Of a stretch of DNA of 64,000 nt, positions 1 through 10,453 are shown in pieces. How positions within the stretch are numbered: position 1 is the first letter of the stretch; the number at the start of each line of letters is the position of its first letter. This stretch comes from Nemertoderma westbladi. Taxonomy: Eukaryota > Animalia > Xenacoelomorpha. The notes below the pieces were generated by a model. The model was not told where the DNA came from and searched no databases. It saw only the letters and a list, made by a program, of their open reading frames with translations. The position numbers were made by a program, and so were the translations under genes. The stretch lies in contig JAUCBJ010006570.1 in NCBI GenBank assembly GCA_032718475.1, forward strand, positions 1-64,000, read 5' to 3'.

Positions 1-613
1 TATCTCCTTCATCAGAGGATGTAAATCCCTGTCTCTTGGAAGTAGTCCGACTTATCAGCTGCATATCACTAGCCGTTATCTGCTTATTTAAGTAATCGTG
101 CTTCTCTTGAAGATTCTCCAACTCTAATTGGGTGGTTTCGTCAGCCGCTTTCCTTTCTGCTTCTGCCACTTTTGCCTCTGCCGCTGCCTCTGCCACTGCC
201 TCTGCCGCTTTTGCCTCTGCCGCTGCCTCTGCCACTGCCTCTGCCGCTTTTGCCTTGGCCGCTGCCGCCTTTCTTTCTGCTTCTGCAGCTACTACTGCTG
301 CTTTCTTTCTGTCTTCTATACGTTTTTTCTTTACTTGTTCTTCTCGGTCTCTAGCGATGCGGAGTTGTTCATCGAATTTAGCTTGGTTCGCCGCTAACCT
401 ATCCACATCAATCGCATCTAACACGAGTTTGGCTCCTTCGCTATTAGGGCTAAGTCCCTCTAACCTTCTCCTCAACTCATCATCTCCCAAAAAACGCTGA
501 TAGTCTGACAGATAGATATCAATGGCATCCTTCTTATGTGGTTTCTCTGCCGTCGCTTCGCTCTCGGTTGTATCTAGTAGACTGTCTGACAGGTTCTGCT
601 TTGCGTCAGACAT
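1..613 (-). CDS. Gag N-terminus of family A copy 1 (partial, internally deleted in frame)
   Basis: ATG at 613 reads MSDAKQNLSDSLLDTTESEATAEKPHKKDAIDIYLSDYQRFLGD...QGFTSSDEGD, open to the window edge; homologous to the ORFs at 31360 and 61497. Confidence 0.85.
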   Translation of the reverse strand, partial: MSDAKQNLSDSLLDTTESEATAEKPHKKDAIDIYLSDYQRFLGDDELRRRLEGLSPNSEGAKLVLDAIDVDRLAANQAKFDEQLRIARDREEQVKKKRIEDRKKAAVVAAEAERKAAAAKAKAAEAVAEAAAEAKAAEAVAEAAAEAKVAEAERKAADETTQLELENLQEKHDYLNKQITASDMQLISRTTSKRQGFTSSDEGD

Positions 614-1954
614 GCTTATGTGTACAGTTGAATGTCTACTGCTGTATTACAGTCTGAGCAAGTCTAGTAACTCAGTATTAACTGATAGCCTAGTAATTAA
701 TTACCGGTACTGCTACTCAGTGTAGCGTGATATATATAATATATTAGAATACCGGTATGCTTATAGTATATATAACTATTATTACAGACTAGGTTTATCA
801 CAGAATACCGGTATAATTTTAGCACAAATATATATAAATATATAATAGGCCTATCGGGAATACCGGTATACAGCTTACAGTTTGTAGTATATATAATTCT
901 GGAATAGAATTAATTACAAGTACCGGTATAATTTCAGCCTAGATTTATAGAAATAAGATAATAGGCCTATCGTAGATACCGGTATATCAATTATTTTAGA
1001 ATAATTGAATTTCTGAACTTTAGGGTTACTTGGTTACTTTAACTTACTTTATTACCGTTATTTAAGCAGTAATCCAACTGATATTGAGACCTAATGGTTT
1101 TATGGTAGGCCTACTATTTATAAATCGTTAGATTTGATTTATAATATATTTATACCCGTTTTAATGGGTTTAGTCAATGTTTGAAATAAATGTTATTATT
1201 TCTGGGGTAATCACTACACAAAGCGGTGCGCTTTTAGTGAAGTGTTACGTATAGGACACTAAAACAAATAATTCTAATTTACCTAAGTTACTTAATACTA
1301 CAAATTACGTACAATTCGGGTGAGATTACAATCTCTAAATAAACACAAAAATTTACAAAAACACAAAATACGAATTTTTAGGGTAATTTTACAAGAAGTC
1401 TACTAACCAGCCTAACAAAGGGTTAGAAATCTGGTTATTACAACGGACAGGGTACTACGGTATTTGAAATAATAAGTAGTAGTAAATACACTGCGTTGTC
1501 TAGATAGGAAAATACCACCGCCTGACGACCTATAGCCGTATCGCTATAGGTTCTACGTTATGTATCACGGAGTGTTCCTACCTAGAAGTTAATAGAGCTA
1601 ATCGAATGTGCCTATCAACCACTTTACAACACAGATATAATGCCTACACTAATTACTTCGGAAAGTACTGTACACTAAACCCTAAATTAGGTACGAGTAC
1701 TTGTACAACAGATAATCAGTAGTTAAATATACTTGAACAGCTAAAAGAACCACGGCATCTGCTGGAGTGACCGATGCACAAAATCACCAGTCTTTACCTA
1801 CGCCGAGCAGCCCGTGTAGTACCGGGGTTAATTTAACTATAGCGGTATGTATAACAAACACAATTACTGTAGGAACAAACTTGGGGAATGAATGTTGCGG
1901 ATAATCGCATAAACTCTGAATAATAAATATTACGCTACGCGTACAAACTACTCA

Positions 1955-2530
1955 AACAAAATACAGACCGAACACTGACAGACTACTATCAAGCCTAAAC
2001 AAACTACGGTATATGCAGACTCCGAAATGATTAGGGAGTATGCGCTCTAACCCAGTAGTGCGACTTATTCTTTAGTTGGGGGTTTACCTTACAGCGTTCG
2101 CTGCCCCTACTGCCTAACCGTACTTAATCGGACAGATGATCTACACACGCGGCAATCCGTTCAGACCTAATAACAGCCAGACAACTATCCAGCCTACAAA
2201 TTATCTAAATAAAATTATACGCTACCCGTACAGACTTACACAAACAAAGTACAGACTAAACGATGGCAGACCACTCTCAAGCCTAAATAAACCACAGGAC
2301 ATGCAGACTCCGAAATGATTAGGGAGTATGCGCTCTAACCCAGTAGTGCGACTTATTCTTTAGTTGGGGGATTACCTTACAGCGTTCGCTGCCCCTACTG
2401 CCTAATCGTACTTAATCGGACAGGTGATCTACACACACTGCAATTCGTTCGGACTTAACAGCAATCAGACAACAGCTCAGCCTACAAATCGTCTGTACTA
2501 TCTGATCAGGCTTACACGCCTTCTGTTCAA
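1955..2530. repeat. ~289-bp tandem duplication in the family A leader
   Basis: GACTCCGAAATGATTAGGGAGTATGCGCTCTAACCC occurs at ~2018 and ~2306. Also duplicated in copy 3 (~59620-60180) but single in copy 2. Confidence 0.85.
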
Positions 2531-2939
2531 TACTGGCCTACAAATAAATAAAACTTGACAGAAATAAGTAAACCATATAAAGGTATAAGGGGTGATCAAT
2601 CCCTAATCCCTTAAACAGCCTACCGGTATGCAACAATCAAATCGAATAATACTAGTGTACTTATACTGAAGTACCGGTTAGAACAGTTAGGCCTACTGAC
2701 CTACAGATGTACCGGTTGACCGGTACTTTCAACTTTATTGCTTACTGCAATAAAGAAGCTATATCCTTTAATGTTCGCGCTTTCAGACCTTTGGCAGTTT
2801 AACCCACCAAATTAAGATGTCTTCTAGATATTAAATCGGTTTTTAGTCTATGACAAGTATTTGATTCACTACACTAGTCGAAACCAATCTGTGCGCGATC
2901 ATTCACCCGCTGGATATTCCCGGGAGATTGGGTTCGACA

Positions 2940-3480
2940 GCAATGTCCTGCAAAGCGGAGGCGATTTTGTTCTAGTGTCAAGCTTGGGGAACCAGTGACA
3001 CACCTCCAATGTTATATAGTGTCTGGTTGGAGATGTGTGCATTGTACTTGACACAATGAACCTGGCGTAGAATTCTTGTGAATGTGCCATCCAGAGATTT
3101 GGTGTCCTCAGCAGTTAGAGCCCAGCATGGACTCCCATATAGGAGTACTGGAACTACTGTTGCTCTAAATAATCGGACCTTAAGTTTCCGATTAATTCTC
3201 GGTGACTTCCAAATCCTGGAAAGCCTATTCAAGGCTGCCCATGCCTTTCCCTTACGTATTCGAAGGTCCTCACCTGACTTCCGGATCCATGATCCCAGGT
3301 AACAGAAGTCATCCACATGCTCAAGCATACCAAGGACTCCCGATAAGACTTAAAATGGATCTTTGTCACCATCAATGGTAGTCACAAACGTTGTCGAACA
3401 ATCGTATAGTGATCTGATTACTGCAATCATTTCATCAGGAAGCCCATTAGTGAACGTATGCTGAACATAAGTGAGCATAG
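2940..3480 (-). mobile_element. RTE-clade LINE fragment (family RTE-A), internally deleted
   Basis: ORF 2978-3328 (VDDFCYLGSWI...LFRATVVPVLLYGSPCW) is near-identical to part of 20624-21613. Confidence 0.85.
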
Positions 3481-3685
3481 TACACTATAGGACAAGGAGA
3501 GTAGGAATAGTGAACCTAGGCAATAGAGAGTAAGTATGTTGTGCGGTTTTGAGGTAACAATTTATTGACGTATAACAACTAAGGTATTACAAAAAACATC
3601 CAACAAACTCAATTTAACTGTATTTTCCATTAAGAAAATTTAGATTACTCATGTGCACGTATCGTATATGACTCTCCTTTTCCAT

Positions 3686-6118
3686 TTAAATTACCCGCAC
3701 CCATGTTGCTATCCTTTGTTTTTTTATTTCGTCAAATCGGAACCGAAATTGAACGGTTTTCCTTCCTAACGTTCTCACTTCATTCTTAATTTTTTCAGCC
3801 ATTTCACGACTAACTAATATTCTGTAACATCCACACAGTTCCTTCTCATCAATTTTCGGAATTATAGATCCATAATGATATTCTGCTTCATGATTGAATA
3901 ATTTACAACTGTATATACCAGTATATATTCTTTCCGCATACAAGGTATGGGCATCTTCAATATTGTGTGGTTTGTTTTCTTCAATAAAAGTTGCGTTCCT
4001 GTTTATCATCCTTGCGGCCCTGCATTTAAAGTCTCCCTCCACGGTAACCACTAAGGCTTCTGCTTCTTCTTCTATGATCTGTAATGCTAATCTGTAAGCT
4101 TCTCGGATCTGGAATCTAACAAAATCATCATTTTTCAGCTTCTTTTGGTGTCCATTAATGTGCATGTTAGAAGGCACAGTAAAGAAAGAATAACAATTGC
4201 ATAGTGGCAATTCGCTAATTATTGGTACAGTAAACCAATAACTATTACTCGAAACTAATTTCACTTCTCCTGTGTATGTTTTACCATCCTCTATCATATC
4301 ATACTTATCTGTTTGCCTTTGTACACGTTTGCTTTCTCCATCTTGGTTAAGGTTAATATTTTTAGCTACCTCACATGAATCATCATCCTCTATTGTAACA
4401 CATGTGGCCTTTCGACAACCTACTAAATTATTATAACCATACTGGAATAGAAGCGTTCTGTCTTGAATAGACTGGATCTGGCGTCTCTTACTAACATGGA
4501 TGTTACTTTCACAAAAGGATATCTTGTGGCAATGACAAAGTTCCATGTTATTTTTTTTATCGAATGGAACTATATACCCATGTTTATATTCATAACTATA
4601 GTATATACATTGGCCGGTATATGTTATGGTCTCCTCTATGTTTGGAAGTTTATATCTATATGAGCCGCAATAATTACATCCTGGAACACTAACCCATGTT
4701 GCTCCATAAACATTTATATCATTTCTATATTTTCTAATTTCGCATTGAAATATAACAGCGTCACCCTCCTTCAGAATCTTCTTGTATCCATCAATATGGA
4801 CTTTTGACTTTAAAAAGTATACAGCTATCTTACCGATATCCGATTCTATGTACCCATATTGTTCGACAACATTAAAATACTTACACCATCCATGGTATGT
4901 TTTGTTCTCTTCCAATATGTCTCTCTGTAGTGGACCCCATTGAATTGGGGGAACTTCTGTTTGCATAATAAGAGCGTTTGCTTGTGTTTGGGTGGGGGTT
5001 TGAAGCAGTCCCGGTTGGATAGTGCTAGGGTATATTGGCAACAGCGCCCTCGGTTGCATATGGAGAGTTGGAAAACCCCCTGGTGGCTTATATGAAAGGG
5101 GGAGATATAATCCCTCCTGGTTGCATATAGGTAGTTGGAAGCTCCCCCTGTTGCATAACTGGAGTTGGGGCTCATGAGATTGCATGAGAGGAGTTGGAGG
5201 CTCTCGTGGTTGAATAACTGGTGTTTGAAGCCATCCCGATTGCATGAGTGGAGATAGAAGGCCCCCTGGAAGTGTACAGGGAGCTGGTGGCTCTCGCTCT
5301 CTTGGTTGCATATATGGGGTTGGGAGCCTTCCTTGTGGCATGATGGGAGATAGAAGCCCTTCTGGTTGTATATAGGTAGTTGGACGCTCTTCCGGTTGCA
5401 TAGCGAGAGTTGGAATCCATCCTGATTGCATGAGGGGAGTTGGAGGCTCTCGTGGTTGTATAAGGGGAGCTGGTGGCACTCGCTCTCTTGGTTGCATATA
5501 TGGGGTTGTTAGCCCTGCTGGTTGCATATATGGGGTTGGGAGCCTTCCCTGTGGCATGATGGGAGATAGAAGCCCTTCTGGTTGTATATAGGTAGTTGGA
5601 CGCTCTTCCGGTTGCATAGCGGGAGTTGGAAGCCATCCTGATTGTATGAGGGGAGTTGGAGGCTCTCGTGGTTGTATAAGGGGAGCTGGTGGCACTCGCT
5701 CTCTTGGTTGCATATATGGGGTTGTTAGCCCTGCTGGTTGCATATATGGGGTTGGGAGCCTTCCTTGTGGCATGATGGGAGATAGAAGCCCTTCTGGTTG
5801 TATATAGGTAGTTGGACGCTCTTCCGGTTGCATAGCGAGAGTTGGAAGCCATCCTGATTGCATGAGGGGAATTGGCGGCTCTCGTGGTTGTATAATGGAA
5901 GCTGGTGGCCCTCGCTCTCTTGGTTGCATATATGGGGTTGTTAGCCCTGCTGGTTGTATATATGTAGTTGGAGGCTCTGTTGGTTGCATAAGGGGAGTTA
6001 AAAGCCACCCTCGTTGCATATAGGGAGTTTGATGCTCTTCCGGTTGCATAGCGGGAGCTGGTGGCTCTATATATGGGATTGGGGGGCCTCCTGGTTGCAA
6101 AAGGGGAATTTGAGGCAC
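3686..6118 (-). CDS. 810-aa protein: Pro/Gln/Thr repeat N-terminus plus four divergent cold-shock (OB-fold)-like domains
   Basis: Single long ORF. First domain YHGWCKYFNVVEQYGYI...KVHIDGYKKILKEGDAVIF...ATWVSVPG resembles the Lin28/Y-box CSD pattern (GxCKWFN..GYGFI..GFRSLxEGExVEF..AxxVTGPG). Three further units start (T/I)YTG. Confidence 0.75.
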   Translation of the reverse strand: MPQIPLLQPGGPPIPYIEPPAPAMQPEEHQTPYMQRGWLLTPLMQPTEPPTTYIQPAGLTTPYMQPRERGPPASIIQPREPPIPLMQSGWLPTLAMQPEERPTTYIQPEGLLSPIMPQGRLPTPYMQPAGLTTPYMQPRERVPPAPLIQPREPPTPLIQSGWLPTPAMQPEERPTTYIQPEGLLSPIMPQGRLPTPYMQPAGLTTPYMQPRERVPPAPLIQPREPPTPLMQSGWIPTLAMQPEERPTTYIQPEGLLSPIMPQGRLPTPYMQPREREPPAPCTLPGGLLSPLMQSGWLQTPVIQPREPPTPLMQSHEPQLQLCNRGSFQLPICNQEGLYLPLSYKPPGGFPTLHMQPRALLPIYPSTIQPGLLQTPTQTQANALIMQTEVPPIQWGPLQRDILEENKTYHGWCKYFNVVEQYGYIESDIGKIAVYFLKSKVHIDGYKKILKEGDAVIFQCEIRKYRNDINVYGATWVSVPGCNYCGSYRYKLPNIEETITYTGQCIYYSYEYKHGYIVPFDKKNNMELCHCHKISFCESNIHVSKRRQIQSIQDRTLLFQYGYNNLVGCRKATCVTIEDDDSCEVAKNINLNQDGESKRVQRQTDKYDMIEDGKTYTGEVKLVSSNSYWFTVPIISELPLCNCYSFFTVPSNMHINGHQKKLKNDDFVRFQIREAYRLALQIIEEEAEALVVTVEGDFKCRAARMINRNATFIEENKPHNIEDAHTLYAERIYTGIYSCKLFNHEAEYHYGSIIPKIDEKELCGCYRILVSREMAEKIKNEVRTLGRKTVQFRFRFDEIKKQRIATWVRVI
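5040..6110 (-). repeat. Coding tandem repeat: 30-bp (10-aa) units in a 216-bp (72-aa) higher-order repeat
   Basis: MQPEERPTTYIQPEGLLSPIMPQGRLPTPY recurs; CGCTCTTCCGGTTGCATAGC at ~5385, 5601 and 5817. Confidence 0.9.
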
Positions 6119-6369
6119 ATCTCTTGGTATAATGACAATGTCTGGTAGGTCGTAGCACTGGCGAGTTAATGTGATTCTGTCTTAAAGATTGTGCTCCTGT
6201 GCTAAGAACGGTTGACTTTTGACAGCTTCATGAAATCAAGCAGAACATCTTTGAAGTTTGTGTCAATTTCACAATTCCAGCCAGCTGACTAAATTACGAG
6301 CAGTAAGTACTTAGTGAAACATAGTTCTTTAATTAATGTATTCCATATAGTCTACCTGCCAACTCCCGA

Positions 6370-6533
6370 AAATTAAGTTTAGATGGCATTTTTTGTTAAT
6401 GGTTGGCATCCACCTGATTTTTGTACTTCAAGACATGGCGAATCCGGCCGAGCCGGCAGTCAGCCATGTCTGTGAAGTGCAAAAATCAGGTCGATGCCAC
6501 CCATTAGCAAAATAATGCCTTCTAAACTTAATT
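6370..6533. repeat. Foldback/MITE-like hairpin with ~70-bp arms
   Basis: AATTAAGTTTAGATGGCATT...GACATGGC pairs with GCCATGTC...AATGCCTTCTAAACTTAATT. Confidence 0.8.
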
Positions 6534-7217
6534 TAAATCGTGGCCGCTTGCCGCAGGCCGACTCAGCCGCTTGCCTGCTCGCCGTCTCTGTAATATTTCT
6601 ACGCTACCATGAAATAGAAACTACCTTTTCTAAGAAAACTAAATAAATTTTAAACAATTTATTAGTTGCCATAGATATTATCTTGATCAATAATAAAAAA
6701 TATACACTAGACATATATCATCTCCCTTAATACAACAACCATTATTTCTAGCAAATGAACCCCCACCCCCCTGATATTTTTCAAATTTCAAAATCTACAG
6801 TTCCACACCTTATTTTTTACTGCCTGGCCGTATTTTAAATTTTCAAATTATTTATCTACACCAAGATGTTAAAGATGCCTATTTAGCAATATGTATCCTT
6901 CTCTGTTGGCTTTATTTTTCGTTTTCTGAATGTAATCTAGATATCAATAGAACCGCCTTCATCATCAGATTCCGAATCTGAAAACCGTTTTTAAAGGTCA
7001 CCAAAAATTGCCAAAGATATTAGCAAATACTCATGTGTAGGCCTATATTTATTTTGAGACGTAGATTGGTATAATTCTGAAGTTTTTTGTCTTTATTCCA
7101 GAATATGAATTATTATTTAACTGAGCGTTAAACACTCTCAATCTTGTTTCTTCATTTCGTGTTTTTAATATTCTGGAATTGAGTAAAAAATACATTGTAA
7201 TTAATAACTATTTATTA

Positions 7218-7346
7218 TATTGTGTATAATATAGCACTTAATCTCACGCCGGTCCCGAGTGTTAATATCTACACGAATGAGCGAAGCGAGTGAGTGAAAT
7301 ATTGAAACGAGGGACCGATGTGAGATAAAGGTACATTATACACAAT
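7218..7346. repeat. Palindromic element with GAGCGAAGCGAG loop
   Basis: TATTGTGTATAAT...ATCTCAC pairs with GTGAGAT...ATTATACACAATA, imperfect arms. Confidence 0.7.
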
Positions 7347-8227
7347 ATCGAGGGCCCCATGCCAGGATGGCTTAAGTCGACTTTTTTAGAAAATCAGTTT
7401 ATGTGATAAATATAAGCCTTATGGTATAAACTACAAAGTGAAAGAATGGTTTAAGTCTAATTCTATATGCGATATTGAGTTATTGAGCAATGTTCATATG
7501 GTTTATCTGAAAATATCAAATATCTGTTTTTGGCAGAATGGTTTAACCCTAGTTTAGCCAGCCGATTTAACCCGCCCAGGATTTAGAATAACTCTGCGAA
7601 AGATTGGTTTAAATGGGGTTAAACCATTCTACCCGCCCATACAGTATTGTGAAGTTTGGAGGCAAATTCAATTTTAGACAGCATAATGTAAGCTATTGTT
7701 TTACTTCTGTTGAACATTTTCTTGTACTGTACTTCGTGTGTACTTGGCTGTTCAAAATATTACTGTAATTAATGTCCGGTAATAAAAAAGATACCAATCG
7801 AGTGTTTGACTGGAGAAGGCGAGACCAACAATGGCACCCCCAAATGTGGCCAGCTATGTAGCTAAGCATCCTTAATGTAACACACGGGGCGCTATGTTCA
7901 GTGAAATTGCGAGGTGCTTGGCATCATGGAAGAGTTTTAGATTGTCTGCCAGACCCACTGGCATCATTTGGAGAAGCCTGCAGCGCCAATGCAACTAGCA
8001 ATATTGCCAAACTATCAAAACTTTAGTTTTTCTGGAAGTTTTAGTGACTCCAGCGAAAATTTAATTTTTGAAGGATTTGTAAATGGCGATGAACAACTGA
8101 TGGTGGAAGACCTATATGAAGAGCAGTCAGAGGCGGCGGGAATGTGTGAAGGGAATGACGTGTCGAGCAACTAGGGGCAATGGGACTGGGACTGTATGAA
8201 AAACTTATAGATTGCATAGAGTAAGAC

Positions 8228-8440
8228 ATAAACTGGTTGTAAATAAAGGTACTCATGGTTCGCAAAAAAGAACCAATGGAACTATTCTTAAAGTATCGTA
8301 CAAGAGTTGAGCAAACGGGTAATAACACTGGAACCTCTGTACAAGAACCCACTCCCCGTTACCCAAGCTAAATATAGCGACCTTGAGAAACTCTGTGAGA
8401 GTGGATTAATCCCCAAAGAGTTCCATCCATTCTACAGTAC
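8228..8440 (+). pseudogene. Degenerate C-terminal fragment of a Sola1-like DNA transposase
   Basis: Broken frames read INWL*IKVLMVRKKEPMELFLKY and KYSDLEKLCESGLIPKEFHPFY, resembling the C-terminus of Sola-type transposases; recalled similarity only. Confidence 0.45.
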
Positions 8441-9039
8441 AGAAACAAACCGAAGACTACAGATGTAATAAATGAAGAAATTGAGTAGCCTATATTATAC
8501 ACGTTGTGGGGTCTTGGAGCAGCACGTGTTCAAATGTTCAATGACTGTGCAGCGACTAATTAACAAATTTATGAGAGATTCATTGACCAGCTACCGGACA
8601 GACCAATATTGTGACATATATTTTAGTTTAATGTTTGATTCAATTAGAGGCACAAATTAAAAAGGCTACAAATATATAGGGGTGAATAATTAAATTAGTC
8701 ACCGTCACCCATTAAAAGGTAGCCAAATATAAGTTGCAATCTATATAAATTTTTAAATTCAGTAGTGTGCGTGTGTTGTGTATTGATTCCGGAGATTTCA
8801 TGTTGAAATAGCGTTCATTAATTTAATTTCTATTTAATTATTCAGGCATACACTAATACACACATTAAATTAGTTCGTGTGTGTTAAGTGTGTAAGATTT
8901 TATTGTTTCGTCACGAAACCATTAGGGCACAGAAACTGACGGATTCTTCGCGAATTTCGCAAACGTCGCAAACTTCGGGAATTTTTTCTACAATTTTGAC
9001 TGCTTAAGCAAAAGAGTCCCGAATGAGTTTTGTACCTTT

Positions 9040-9330
9040 ATTTTTTGTGATTTTGAGTGCTTTTTTTATACTAGTGAATATTCTAGAACCTTAGTAGATT
9101 TTTTATGGTATATAGCTAGTATTTTTTACTAGCTAGTAATTTTTGGAAATTATTTTGGTCATTAATATATTCTTCAACAGTTTAACCTGAAATATCATGG
9201 ACTTTCACATTTTTTATAATTTCAAAAAATACTAGCTAGCAAAAAAACACTACCGGTAGCTATCATAAAAAACATATCTACTAATGTTGTTGAACTTTCA
9301 CCAATACCAAAAAAATTAAAAAACTCTAAA
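9040..9330. repeat. Old imperfect inverted repeat (decayed foldback)
   Basis: TAGTAGATTTTT...TAGCTAGTATTTTTTACTAGCTAGTAATTTTTGGAAATTAT mirrored at ~9215-9300. Confidence 0.6.
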
Positions 9331-9387
9331 AAAGGATTGGTGAAAAATGGCTGGGGTGTCGACAGGGCGAAGTAGGGACCATGTTGC

Positions 9388-9461
9388 TTAACCCCTTAGA
9401 GCCTATGACGTCCACTGCACGTCACAATGGACAGCACGAAGACGTGCAGTGGACGTCATGC
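9388..9461 (+). mobile_element. Possible piggyBac-like terminus with subterminal inverted repeat
   Basis: TTAA-CCCCTTAG followed by ATGACGTCCACTGCACGTC...GACGTGCAGTGGACGTCAT; the partner end was not found. Confidence 0.4.
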
Positions 9462-9639
9462 TGGAATACATGTTTTATTGGAAGGCTCTTGGAGAAGGTA
9501 TACTGGTGGATAGTATTAATGACATTTATTGCTCTTCGTGGCAAAAAATCCATTATTTACTGTAGATAGGCTGTATTGTAGACTGTATTATTAGTGTTAG
9601 GTATATGGCGTAATGCCAACCACAGTACAGTAGTACAGA

Positions 9640-10175
9640 CTGACAGTAAGACCGACAGACAGACAGACTAGATTTATGTAAACGTGTAAACTGACATCAA
9701 AAATGAAATCAGCAACCCTTAAAACCCCCATAGCGAGAATGTTGGTTAGTTAGTATACTTTCTTAAGTTTTCACAGACTCACTGACAGAAAGACCGACAG
9801 CCAGACAGACTATATTTTTTTAAACGTGAAAACTGGCATCTGAAATAAAATTAGCACCCATTAAAACCCCCATAACGAGAATGTTAGTTAGTTTGTATTC
9901 TTTTTTAAGTTTTGACAGTATGACTGACTGACAGAAAGACCGACAAACAGACAGACTAGATTTATGTAAACCTGAAAACTGACATCAGAAATGAAATCAG
10001 CACCCCTTAAAACCCCCATAGCGAGAATGTTAGTTAAATTGAATCCTCTTTTATGTTTTGACAGACTGACTGACAGAAAGACCGACAGACAGACAGACTA
10101 GATTTATGTAAACGTGAAAACTGACATCAGAAATGTAATCAACACTCTTTAAAACCCCCATAGCGAGAATGTTAG
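9640..10175. repeat. ~144-bp tandem repeat, about 3.7 copies
   Basis: Recurring GACAGACTAGATTTATGTAAACGTGAAAACTGACATCAG...AAAACCCCCATAGCGAGAATGTTAG. Confidence 0.85.
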
Positions 10176-10339
10176 CGACAAGTTTTAATGATTAACCATA
10201 TTTCGTAAGATATATTTTAAAACATTTATTTATTAATAATGCAATAACTGAATAACCAGATAACGGAACGACAAATCGAATTGAAACTTTTAATTACTAA
10301 TAATAATTGTGGTGAGAGGTGATGGAAATCAACGATATA

Positions 10340-10421
10340 TGTGGGGCGAGCCACGAAGTTGGCGGAGCCTTAGCGAATTGACACTGTTAGGGGGTGGGTC
10401 AATTTATGCAAATAGTTGTCG

Positions 10422-10453
<32 letters not shown>

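Larger units (their letters stand above)
1..2939 (-). mobile_element. Bel/Pao LTR retrotransposon family A, copy 1 (5' part; runs off window start)
   Basis: Reverse complement is collinear with the leader and gag of 29370-32790 and 59080-63010. Begins TGTCGAACC at 2939, abutting an RTE fragment; putative LTR 3' end ...AAGACA at 2818. Confidence 0.85.

Noticed and set aside
128-500. Cys-rich, Ala-rich and Pro-Leu ORFs on the + strand
   Set aside because: Antisense of the Ala/Glu/Lys-rich coiled-coil region of Gag.
560-580. Gag deletion as a spliced, reverse-transcribed isoform
   Set aside because: No GT donor at the corresponding 5' junction in copies 2 or 3.
5172-6158. 328-aa overlapping ORF
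   Set aside because: Alternate frame of the coding repeat; only the 810-aa frame connects to globular domains.
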